Part shown: positions 1 through 8,625 of the stretch, in pieces
Position numbering within the stretch: position 1 is the first letter of the stretch
Layout: every line of letters begins with the position of its first letter
DNA from: Gammaproteobacteria bacterium
GTDB taxonomy: Bacteria > Pseudomonadota > Gammaproteobacteria > Eutrophobiales > Eutrophobiaceae
Assembly (NCBI GenBank): GCA_965116495.1
Contig: OZ220696.1
Location: 1,376,001-1,440,000 of the forward strand
Length of the DNA: 64,000 nt
Reading direction: 5' to 3'
The notes under the pieces: model-generated
What the model saw: the letters and a program-made list of their open reading frames with translations, nothing else
What the model was told of the DNA's origin: nothing
Databases searched by the model: none
Program-made: the position numbers and the translations under genes

Positions 1-1
1 G

Positions 2-1492
2 ACAAGCTGGCTGGCTCTCGAGGATGCGGGGATGGCTCCGGAACGGTTGCGCGGCAGCCGTACCGGCGTCTATGCCGGTATCGCCTCCAGTGAGTACCGG
101 GACCTGATGGCAAATCACGACTACGGTGTCAATTACCTGGGTACCGCCTCCAGCATGGCGGTCGGTCGGGTTTCCTACCAGTTCGGCCTTGAGGGGCCGA
201 CATTGCCGGTGATGCTCAACTGCGCGTCATCACTGGTAGCCACACACCATGCCGTAATGGGCCTGCAGAGGCAGGAAGCCGACGTTGCCCTGGTTGGAGG
301 CGTGAACGTAATCCTGTCCCACCAGATAACGAGGGAGATGAAGGAAATCGGCATGTTGTCGCCGCAGGGCACCTGCAGGGCCTTCGATGCCGCTGCGGAC
401 GGCGCGGTGCGCAGTGAGGGTTGCGGGATGATGGTATTAAAGCGGCTGGTTGACGCTGAGGCGGACGGGGACCGCATCTGGGGCGTGATCCGCGGCAGTG
501 CGATCAACCAGAGCGGCGCCAGCGCCGGGCCCACCGCGGCAAAAGGTCCGGCCCAGGAACAGGTTATCGAAGCGGCGCTGGCGCGGGCAGGCGTGGCGCC
601 GGACAAAGTGGACTACCTGGAAGCCCACGGGGCCGGATCGGAGCTGGGCGACCCGATCGAGGTACAGGCCGCGGCCGCGGTTTACGGCCGGGAACGCGGC
701 GCTGACCGCCCGCTCCTGATCGGTTCGGTAAAGACCAATATCGGCCACCTGGAAGCTGCCGCGGGTGCGGCAAGCCTGATCAAGACGGTACTGGCCATGA
801 ACCGGGGCCAGATCCCGAAACAGCTTCACTTCGACAATCCGACCCCGCACCTGGACTGGGAACGGTTGCCCGTGCGCGTGGCCTCGAAACCGGTGAACTG
901 GCCCGACCAGCCCGGACGCCCGCGGCGCGCCGGCGTGAACGCGTTCGGGATCTCGGGAACGAACTCCCATGTTGTGGTGGAGGGCTACACGGACACGTCT
1001 GCCGCAGAGGACACCCCAGGCGAGGCAGATACCCGGCTCCTGCCGCTCTCGGGCAAGACCGGCGAGGCGCTCAGGGACCTGGCGCAGCGCTACCTGTCAT
1101 GGCTGGACGAGCGCGCCGGGGAAGCCCCGTCCGACTCCGGCGTCAGCCGGGAATTGCTGGCCGACATGGCCTGGACCGCGGGCGTGGGCAGGGCACATTT
1201 TGCGTACCGCAAGGGCATCGTATTCCAGGACGCTGCATCACTGCGGGAAGGACTGGAAGCGCTTGCGCAGGCGGATGCAACGTCGCTGACCCCGGTTGAA
1301 CCGTCAGGTGCGGGCCGGCCGGCCGGCGATGGGCCGGACGCGCCGGGTGGGGACGCACCTGTGGTAGCAGCGGCGCAGTCTTACGAAGCGGGCGCCACGG
1401 TTGCTTTTGCCGACTTGTTTGCCGGAGAAAAACGGCGCCGTATCTCATTGCCGGGCTACCCGTTCCAGCGCCGGCGCTACTGGATCGACTAA
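2..1492 (+). CDS. Type I polyketide synthase, C-terminal part (KS domain plus KS-AT and post-AT linkers, no AT); 5'-truncated by the window
   Basis: Frame is open from the window edge (TSWLALEDAGMAPE). KS motifs: LNCASSL (catalytic Cys), EAHGAGS, KTNIGHLEAAAG, GVNAFGISGTNSHVVVE. Ends in LPGYPFQRRRYW. Confidence 0.93.
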   Translation, partial: TSWLALEDAGMAPERLRGSRTGVYAGIASSEYRDLMANHDYGVNYLGTASSMAVGRVSYQFGLEGPTLPVMLNCASSLVATHHAVMGLQRQEADVALVGGVNVILSHQITREMKEIGMLSPQGTCRAFDAAADGAVRSEGCGMMVLKRLVDAEADGDRIWGVIRGSAINQSGASAGPTAAKGPAQEQVIEAALARAGVAPDKVDYLEAHGAGSELGDPIEVQAAAAVYGRERGADRPLLIGSVKTNIGHLEAAAGAASLIKTVLAMNRGQIPKQLHFDNPTPHLDWERLPVRVASKPVNWPDQPGRPRRAGVNAFGISGTNSHVVVEGYTDTSAAEDTPGEADTRLLPLSGKTGEALRDLAQRYLSWLDERAGEAPSDSGVSRELLADMAWTAGVGRAHFAYRKGIVFQDAASLREGLEALAQADATSLTPVEPSGAGRPAGDGPDAPGGDAPVVAAAQSYEAGATVAFADLFAGEKRRRISLPGYPFQRRRYWID

Positions 1493-1512
1493 CCAGACAG
1501 GAAGATACACGA

Positions 1513-3273
1513 ATGAATGCGCCACAAGCGGGAGGCCGGACAGGCATCCGTTACCAGCCTGATGAACAGCCTCCTGTAACACTTACCGTCGGCCTCGGAC
1601 TGCAGCTTGCGGGTCTCAACATCGCCGCGGTGATGCTGATCCCGACGGTCATCGTGCGCGCCGCCGGTGAAACCGAGGCCTACCTGTCCTGGGCTGTGCT
1701 TATGTCAGTCGCGATCTGCGGTATGACCACGATGCTGCAAGCCCTGCGCTACGGCCGTATCGGCACAGGGCACATCATCGTCATGTGTACTTCTGCGGCT
1801 TTCATTCCCGTGTGCATCATGGCGCTCAGCACGGGCGGTCCGGCCATGCTGGCAACCCTGGTCGTGATTGCGGCCTTCGTCCCGCTGGCGCTGTCCTGGA
1901 AGCTGTCGCTGTTCCAGCGCATCCTGACGCCGACCGTCTCGGGCACGGTCATCATGCTGATACCCATTGCAACACTGCCGGTCGTCTCGCAACTCCTCGG
2001 CAACGGAGTTGAAGACAACTCCATGCCAGGTTCGGCGCTCAGCTTCTTCGCAACGGTGCTTATTATCTGCGCCATTGCGCTGAAAGCGCCGCCCCGGTTA
2101 CGGGTCTGGGCAGCGGTCATCGGTATCGTAGCCGGCTCGCTTATCGCCGCAATGTTCGGGTTGTACGACGCGCAACGCGTCGCCGGCGCAGCCTGGGTCG
2201 ACATCCCGGACATCGGCTGGCCGGGGTTTGATCTCGATTTCGGTCCGGTTTTTTGGACGCTGCTTCCCTCGTTCCTGCTGGTGGCCTTGATCGCCGGCAT
2301 CCGCACCATGAGCGGCGCCGTCGCCATCCAGCGGGTATCCTGGCGCCGGCAACGGGCGGTGGATTTTCGCGCCGTGCAGGGCGCAATGACCGTGGACGGA
2401 CTGGGCAACCTGGCGTCCGGGCTTGCGGGGACGGTCCCGGGAACGGCCATAACGACCGGCGTTTCCATGACCGAACTCACCGGGGTTGCAGCCCGCAGCG
2501 TCGGCCTCGCAACCGGGGCAATCTTCATTCTCCTGGTGTTCCTGCCGAAGGGGGTCGCCGTGGTCCTGGCAATACCGGATTCCGTCTTCGCCGGGTACCT
2601 GTTCATTATGCTGGTACTGCTGTTCATGGTGGGTCTGAAACTGGTCATTCAGGACGGGTTGGACCTGCGCAAGGGAATGATCGTCGGCCTGGCCTTCCTG
2701 ACCGGCATCGGCTGCCAGTACGGCCTGATATACCCGGATTATCTCTCCAAATTCGCCGGCGGCCTGTTGCGCAACGGCATGACCGCCGGCGGCTTCATCG
2801 CCATCCTCATGACCCTGTTGCTGGAACTGGCCGAGGCGCGGCGCAGCAGGCTGGTGACGCTGTTCAGTCCCTACGCCCTGTCTGAAATCCGGTCGTTCCT
2901 CGGCAGGTTCGCATCCCGGAACAGCTGGGACAGCGCCATGACAGACCGGCTCGGCGCCGTGGTAGAGGAGACCATGCTCAGCCTGTTACAGCAGGAAGAA
3001 GCCGATGAGAAGCGCTCCCGGCGCCGCATGCAACTGGTGGCATACAGGGAAGACGGCGACGCGGTGCTCGAATTGGTCGTCGCGCCCAGGGATAAGAACC
3101 TGCAGGACCAGCTTACGCTGCTGGGCGAGCAGACAGACGAAATATCCATTGAGCGGGAGGTGTCGTTGCGGCTGTTGCGGCACCTTGCATCATCCGTGCG
3201 CCACCAGCAATTCCATGACACGGATATAGTGACCGTGCGCGTGAAACCGCCTGTACCTTCCGAGTCAGAGTAA
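1513..3273 (+). CDS. NCS2/xanthine-uracil permease-fold membrane protein with a C-terminal degenerate HATPase (RsbW-like) domain
   Basis: Starts YQPDEQPP..LGLQ, has many TM helices, and carries PTVSGTVIMLI, DGLGNLASGLAG and ELTGVAAR. A soluble tail of about 140 aa follows. Confidence 0.85.
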   Translation: MNAPQAGGRTGIRYQPDEQPPVTLTVGLGLQLAGLNIAAVMLIPTVIVRAAGETEAYLSWAVLMSVAICGMTTMLQALRYGRIGTGHIIVMCTSAAFIPVCIMALSTGGPAMLATLVVIAAFVPLALSWKLSLFQRILTPTVSGTVIMLIPIATLPVVSQLLGNGVEDNSMPGSALSFFATVLIICAIALKAPPRLRVWAAVIGIVAGSLIAAMFGLYDAQRVAGAAWVDIPDIGWPGFDLDFGPVFWTLLPSFLLVALIAGIRTMSGAVAIQRVSWRRQRAVDFRAVQGAMTVDGLGNLASGLAGTVPGTAITTGVSMTELTGVAARSVGLATGAIFILLVFLPKGVAVVLAIPDSVFAGYLFIMLVLLFMVGLKLVIQDGLDLRKGMIVGLAFLTGIGCQYGLIYPDYLSKFAGGLLRNGMTAGGFIAILMTLLLELAEARRSRLVTLFSPYALSEIRSFLGRFASRNSWDSAMTDRLGAVVEETMLSLLQQEEADEKRSRRRMQLVAYREDGDAVLELVVAPRDKNLQDQLTLLGEQTDEISIEREVSLRLLRHLASSVRHQQFHDTDIVTVRVKPPVPSESE

Positions 3274-3302
3274 AATCAAAGGAGTCAGACCTGATTTATT
3301 TT

Positions 3303-3396
3303 CATCCAGTTGATTAATGTGTCGCTGGAAGCGACTGTTTATTTCACTGGGTTCCCGCGTGCGCGGGAATGACGGAACAAGCGCGCGGGAATGACG
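3303..3396. repeat. Palindromic REP-like element (family A, partial) with tandem duplication of GCGCGGGAATGACG; possible terminator between convergent genes
   Basis: CTGGGTTCCCGCGTGCGCGGGAATGACG, with the 3' end repeated 22 bp later. Confidence 0.75.
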
Positions 3397-3398
3397 AA

Positions 3399-3947
3399 CT
3401 ACGGTAGTTTCGTAAGAACCTGCTCCACAGGTTTGCGCTCAGCGCCCGGTATTTCAGCCGGGTAACCGTACCAGAACAAGCCCACCACTTCTTCCTGGTT
3501 GCGCTGCGCGCCGATGATCTCGTAGAAAGCCCCGGTTCGGGTCACCGCCCCGGTGGTCCATTTTACGCCTATTCCCCCTTCCCACAACAACAACATCAGG
3601 TTCTGGGCGACGCAACAACAGGAGGCATAGTTTTCCCGCATGGTGACTTCGTCATCCGACCTGCTGCAGGTCAGGACCAGCCAGCCGGGAACCTCACGCC
3701 AGCGTTTGAACTTGATCTCTGCGGCTCTTTCACCCTGTTTCTCGTGGACGAGTTCCGCGTTCAGCAAACATATCTGATTCTTGCTTTTCTCACCCAGCAA
3801 ATAGAAGCGCCAGGGCTGCGTCAGGTAATGGTTCGGCGCCCAAATGGCCCGTTCCATGGCCGCGCGCAGCAAGGCTTCATCCGGTACCGGTTCAGGTTTG
3901 AACTGGTGGATGGTGCGCCTGCTTTTGACGAGGTCTTTTATCTCCAT
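3399..3947 (-). CDS. Nitroreductase family protein
   Basis: SRRTIHQF, WAPNHYLTQPWRF and QNLMLLLW..GIG motifs. Confidence 0.9.
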   Translation of the reverse strand: MEIKDLVKSRRTIHQFKPEPVPDEALLRAAMERAIWAPNHYLTQPWRFYLLGEKSKNQICLLNAELVHEKQGERAAEIKFKRWREVPGWLVLTCSRSDDEVTMRENYASCCCVAQNLMLLLWEGGIGVKWTTGAVTRTGAFYEIIGAQRNQEEVVGLFWYGYPAEIPGAERKPVEQVLTKLP

Positions 3948-3963
3948 TTATTCGTAATCCGGA

Positions 3964-5250
3964 TCAAGGCATGAAATATTGTAACAAGTCGTTGAGGTAA
4001 CGCGCCCCTTTTTCCGTAGCCTTTATCAGCCCCGGCTCGGGTTCCAGCAAACCGGCTTTTACGGCGGCATCAACCTGTTCACGAATGGCGTCCGAAGCTA
4101 ACCCGGTCCTCTCAGTAAAATAATCGTGCTGCACGCCGTCCTTCAGACGTAGCGCATTCAGCATGAATTCCAGGATACAATCTGCCTGCGTTAATGCTTT
4201 ATGCTCAGCAATAACCGAGTCGGTCCCGGCAGTGCGGATATAACTTGCCGGCGCGCGTAATCGGGACTGTCTTGCTATTGTCTTTTGTATAGATAGTTCT
4301 ACCGCGTCATTCTGGCGTAAGCTGGAATCCAATGGTGTCCGTTTCCCACGATAAGGGAGTGTTTTCTCACTGGATTCCGACCTTCGCCGGAATGACGGAC
4401 TGTTTGCCGGCGTCATAATAGGCCAGGTGGTAATTTTGCCGTGTGCGCCTGCCCCTATCCCGATATAGTCACCAAATTCCCAGTAATTCAGGTTGTGCCG
4501 GCATTCTCGACCCTCCCTGGACCAGGCGGACACCTCGTATTGGCGGTACTGCTGCCGGGTCAGGTAGTCCGCTCCGCAGCTTTGCATCTGCCAGGTCCGA
4601 CCGTCATCGGGCAACGGCGGCGGTCTTGCATGGAATACGGTATTGGGTTCGATAGTGAGTTGGTACCAGGAGATGTGCGCGGGTTCAAGGCTGACTGCCC
4701 GGTCGAGGTCAGACAAGGCGTCTTCCACAGTCTGTCCCGGCAGCCCGTACATGAGGTCGATATTGATATTGGAAAAACCGGCGTCAACGGCGATCTCAAC
4801 TGCGGATAGCGCAGCATTGCCGTCGTGAATCCGCCCGATAGCCGCCAGTTTGCCGTCACTGAAGCTTTGCGCGCCGATGGACAGACGGTTAACGCCCAGG
4901 TAACGGTAACCCGCAAAGCGCCCGCTGTCGGCCGCACCGGGGTTTGCTTCCAGGGTAATTTCAGTCGCGGCAGAAAGCGTGGACACGGCATCGACGGCCT
5001 CCAGTATCAGGCCGATACCCTCTACCGAGATAACGCTTGGGGTGCCGCCGCCGAAGAAGACAGAAACAAGTTCCCTGCCCTGGAATAATCCGGCGCTGTA
5101 TTTCAGGTCGCGCACCACAGCGCCGACGTATTCCCGTTCCGGGAAGGAACCGCCTGTTATTTCATGGGAATTAAAATCACAGTAGGGGCATTTCCTGACA
5201 CACCAGGGCAGGTGGATATACAGCGCTAACGGTAGTTCATCTGCGTTCAT
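3964..5250 (-). CDS. hemW: Radical SAM heme chaperone HemW (YggW) with an in-frame repeat-derived insertion
   Basis: LYIHLPWCVRKCPYCDFNSH, EITLEANPG, HNLNYWEFGDYIGIGAGAHGK, EFMLNALRL; lies downstream of rdgB. Confidence 0.93.
   Translation of the reverse strand: MNADELPLALYIHLPWCVRKCPYCDFNSHEITGGSFPEREYVGAVVRDLKYSAGLFQGRELVSVFFGGGTPSVISVEGIGLILEAVDAVSTLSAATEITLEANPGAADSGRFAGYRYLGVNRLSIGAQSFSDGKLAAIGRIHDGNAALSAVEIAVDAGFSNINIDLMYGLPGQTVEDALSDLDRAVSLEPAHISWYQLTIEPNTVFHARPPPLPDDGRTWQMQSCGADYLTRQQYRQYEVSAWSREGRECRHNLNYWEFGDYIGIGAGAHGKITTWPIMTPANSPSFRRRSESSEKTLPYRGKRTPLDSSLRQNDAVELSIQKTIARQSRLRAPASYIRTAGTDSVIAEHKALTQADCILEFMLNALRLKDGVQHDYFTERTGLASDAIREQVDAAVKAGLLEPEPGLIKATEKGARYLNDLLQYFMP
4305..4397. 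repeat. Family A palindromic element (93 bp) inside hemW
   Basis: CGTCATTCTGGCGTAAGCTGGAATCCA...TGGATTCCGACCTTCGCCGGAATGACG. Confidence 0.9.
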
Positions 5251-8200
5251 CCATCCCCCTGTATGTCTTTGAGCAGGGGTGCGTAATCTGCGGATAGTCC
5301 CAGCCGGTCCCTGATCTGCAGCGTCAGCGACAGCAGGGTCGGCATGAAGGTCAGCGTCATAAGCGTCGAGAACAGCAGGCCGAACATGACGATGGCGCCC
5401 AGACCGCGGTACAGCTCGGTACCCGCTCCCGGGTTGAATACCAGGGGAGACAACCCGAATATCGTCGTGATGCTGGATATCATGATCGGCCTGAGCCGGG
5501 CCCGGGTGCTCTCCAGCACCGCTTCAACCGACGCCATTCCCCTGGCTTTGATGTTGCGCATGGTACGGTCGATGATCAGGATCGGGTTATTCACCACCGT
5601 GCCGATCAGGATCAGGAAGCCCAGCATGGTGATCACGTCGAAGGACTGGTGTATGTCATCCACCCCCAACAGTGACAGGTTGCCCCCTACGGCATTGAGC
5701 AGCCACAAGCCGAACAGCCCCCCGCCGATGCCGATGGGAACGGTCGTCATCACCAGCAGCGGATAACCCCAGTGCGAGAAGATGGCCACCAGCAACAAAT
5801 AAGCAATGAATACGGCGATGATAAAGTTCTCCATCAAGGCGGCGCGGGTCGCCTGCAACTGGTCGCTGGCCCCGGTGATGCTCATGCTGATATCGTCCCC
5901 TATTTCTCCCGTTTCCCTCAACTCATCGATAATGCCGCGCCGGACCATGTCGACGCCCTGCTCCAGCGGTATGTCGCGGGTTGGAACAATGCCCAGGGTA
6001 ATGGTCCTCTCGCCGTCCACCCGGCGGATGGTTTCGGTATTGACGGTGTGACGGACCTCAGCCACCGCGCTCAGCGGCACCGTGCCGCCCCGGCGTGAAT
6101 ACAGCATGATGTCGTCCACGTCCTCCGGCCGCTGGATGGTGCCGTGGGTGGAGTACAGGAACATGTCGATCTTCTCATCGCCCAGGAAAAATTCATCCAC
6201 GAACGCACCGTCGGAGAAAGCCCAGATGGCATAACCCAGGTCTCCGGCGTCAATGCCCAACTCACTGGCCCGCTCCCAGTCGGCCAGTATCTCCACCAGC
6301 GGTTGTCCTATGGACAGACCGGGTGGTTGCGCACGGATCTGCGGGTTCTCAAACACCGACCGGGCCTTGATGAAGGCCTTGAGGCCGGCGTCAAACAGGG
6401 ATACCAGGTCGGTGCCGCTCAACTCCAGGTTGATACTCCTGGACCCGCCCATGTTACCGGAGAAAATGGAACCCCTGGAGGCAAACGCGTGAATGCCCGG
6501 GATCTCCCGGATCTTCCCCAGAACGATATCGAGCATGTCGTCAACCTGGTCCGGTGATGTGGCCTCCAGCATAAGCAGGCTGCGCGACGAGGTTGCGTAG
6601 CCGATAACATAATTCAGGCCGGGGAAGTCGGATTCACCCCGGCGGAATTTGTCCGGGTCTGCGCCGATGTGCGGCACCAGGAAATCGTCCACGTCCTTAT
6701 GAATGGCATGCATCTCGTCGATATTGTAACCGGGTGGAGCAAACATACGGACAAATATCTTCTGCTCCTCCCCTTCAGGCAGGTACTCCGCCTTGGGAAT
6801 GGAAGCAAAGATGAGCACCGTGATACAGCCCACCAGGATTACCAGACCCACCCGGCGCGTTATTCCGTCCATCAGCCAATGCACGAACCGGATAAGCAGT
6901 TCACCGACCCGTTGCCCTGTAGCGTACAGCCCGGACGGGCCGGCGCGCTTCAGCGACAGGAACCGGCTGCACAGGGTCGGCACCACCAGCGTCGCAACCA
7001 GCAGGGACATCAGTATGGATGCGGAAATGGCAACGGCTATATCCGAATACAACTGGCCTGCCTCCTGCTTGATGAAGATGATCGGGATGAATACAAACAC
7101 CGTCGTCAGCGTGGACGCCAGCAGCGCCGGCCATACCTCGGCAACCCCGTCCAGTGCGGCGCGCCGGCGGTCCTTGCCGGCAGCCATGTGCCGGTAGATG
7201 TTTTCCAGCACGACAATGCTGTTGTCCAGGGTCATGCCGATGGCAAATGCGACACCGGCCAGCGAGATCACGTTGATGGTCCGTCCGCTGATGAGCAGTC
7301 CCAGGAAGGCGGCCAGGGTGCAGACGGGGATGCCCAGCGCGCCGATAACGGTGGCCGAAGGAGTTCTGAGGAAGAGAAACAGGACAAAGGTGGCCAGCAG
7401 GGCGCCGATAACCAGGTTATTGCGCACGTTGACCACGGAGTCGGTTATATACAGTACGTCGTCAAAGTTGTACTCCATTTGCAGGCCGCGTTCCAGCAAC
7501 AGGCCGTTGTTCAGTTCCTCGACTTTGCGGATGACCCTGTCCTTGACGTCGACCACGTTGGATCCGATCTGCCGGACTACCCCCAGACTGATGGTCTGGA
7601 TCCCGTGCGAGTAGAAATAGGTGTCAACTTCAAACGTGGACAGTTCAACGTAACCCAGGTCGCGCAAGCGCACGAACGCTCCGTCACGCCGGGCAATCAC
7701 CATGTCCTCCATCTCTGCAGTGGTTTCAAAACGCCCTATCGTCCTCAGCAGGTAACGGCGCTTGCCGCTGTCCAGGTCGCCGCCGGATACGTCCCGGTTG
7801 CGCGCGCGTATGGCGCTACGCACCTCCGACAACGTTATCCGGCGCTCAGCCAGCTTCACGGGGTCCACGTGGATCCTGACCTGGCGCTCCGCCCCGCCAT
7901 ACATAGTGACTTCCGACACGCCGGGCACCCGTTCTATCTGCACGCGCACGTGGTCCTCGAGAAAATCGCGCATCTCCACCATGTTGACATCCTGCGGGTT
8001 ACCGGGCAGGGGCCTGGTAGAGAAAAAAAGGAACGGATTCTCGGCGGAATTGGCAACAAGACGCGGTTCATCGACGTTTTCCGGGTAGCCGGGGACCTGG
8101 GTCAGGGCGTTGTTCACCCGGATCAGTACCTCGTTGATATCGACACCGAAAGGAAACTCCAGCATGATTTCACCCAGGCCGGTTTCGGCCCGGGAGATCA

Positions 8201-8432
8201 TGCGGTCCAACCCCGGAATACGGCGCAGGTACTCCTCCTGCTCGATGATGATCTCCTTTTCCACGTCCTGAGGCGCGGCCCCGGGCCACTTGGTAATGAC
8301 GCTCACTACCCGGACATCGAGATCGGGGATCATCTGGATTGGCACGCGGAATATGGCCAGCACCCCGAACAGGCAGATGATCAGTACCGCCACCGCCACG
8401 ATCAACGGTTTTTCAATGGCAAACCGGAACAT
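5247..8432 (-). CDS. RND efflux permease (AcrB/AcrD/AcrF family), copy 2
   Basis: 1061 aa; GMTLDNSIVVLENIYRH, RARLRPIMISSITTIFGLSPL; 12-TM architecture. Confidence 0.95.
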   Translation of the reverse strand: MFRFAIEKPLIVAVAVLIICLFGVLAIFRVPIQMIPDLDVRVVSVITKWPGAAPQDVEKEIIIEQEEYLRRIPGLDRMISRAETGLGEIMLEFPFGVDINEVLIRVNNALTQVPGYPENVDEPRLVANSAENPFLFFSTRPLPGNPQDVNMVEMRDFLEDHVRVQIERVPGVSEVTMYGGAERQVRIHVDPVKLAERRITLSEVRSAIRARNRDVSGGDLDSGKRRYLLRTIGRFETTAEMEDMVIARRDGAFVRLRDLGYVELSTFEVDTYFYSHGIQTISLGVVRQIGSNVVDVKDRVIRKVEELNNGLLLERGLQMEYNFDDVLYITDSVVNVRNNLVIGALLATFVLFLFLRTPSATVIGALGIPVCTLAAFLGLLISGRTINVISLAGVAFAIGMTLDNSIVVLENIYRHMAAGKDRRRAALDGVAEVWPALLASTLTTVFVFIPIIFIKQEAGQLYSDIAVAISASILMSLLVATLVVPTLCSRFLSLKRAGPSGLYATGQRVGELLIRFVHWLMDGITRRVGLVILVGCITVLIFASIPKAEYLPEGEEQKIFVRMFAPPGYNIDEMHAIHKDVDDFLVPHIGADPDKFRRGESDFPGLNYVIGYATSSRSLLMLEATSPDQVDDMLDIVLGKIREIPGIHAFASRGSIFSGNMGGSRSINLELSGTDLVSLFDAGLKAFIKARSVFENPQIRAQPPGLSIGQPLVEILADWERASELGIDAGDLGYAIWAFSDGAFVDEFFLGDEKIDMFLYSTHGTIQRPEDVDDIMLYSRRGGTVPLSAVAEVRHTVNTETIRRVDGERTITLGIVPTRDIPLEQGVDMVRRGIIDELRETGEIGDDISMSITGASDQLQATRAALMENFIIAVFIAYLLLVAIFSHWGYPLLVMTTVPIGIGGGLFGLWLLNAVGGNLSLLGVDDIHQSFDVITMLGFLILIGTVVNNPILIIDRTMRNIKARGMASVEAVLESTRARLRPIMISSITTIFGLSPLVFNPGAGTELYRGLGAIVMFGLLFSTLMTLTFMPTLLSLTLQIRDRLGLSADYAPLLKDIQGDG

Positions 8433-8440
8433 GTTCTTGA

Positions 8441-8625
8441 ATTATCCGCAGATTACGCAGATGAACGCAGATAAAAAAGAAAGATTTTACACATGGACTA
8501 CAGGAAATATCATGTTAAAACCACTGTCCACACTAAAAAATAATATATTCATCTGCGCTAATCTGCGTAATCTGCGGATAAATCATCTGTTTTCATCTGC
8601 GCTAATCTGCGTAATCTGCGGATGA
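8441..8625. repeat. Family B inverted-repeat element upstream of RND copy 2 (ATCCGCAGATTACGCAGATGAACGCAGAT ... ATCTGCGCTAATCTGCGTAATCTGCGGAT, right arm present twice)
   Basis: Imperfect inverted repeats of about 29 bp around an AT-rich core of about 80 bp; read directly from the sequence. Confidence 0.88.

Noticed and set aside
6669-8474. 601-aa plus-strand ORF and similar long antisense ORFs (9106..10194, 34395..35723, 37906..39000, 50279..51346, 50682..51743, 54135..55148, 57476..58261)
   Set aside because: Shadow ORFs opposite well-supported genes in GC-rich DNA; no recognisable motifs
8430-8625. Small peptide gene (MFLNYPQITQMNADK...ICVICG) in the RND leader
   Set aside because: The translation simply reflects the family B repeat arms; no RBS or independent coding evidence
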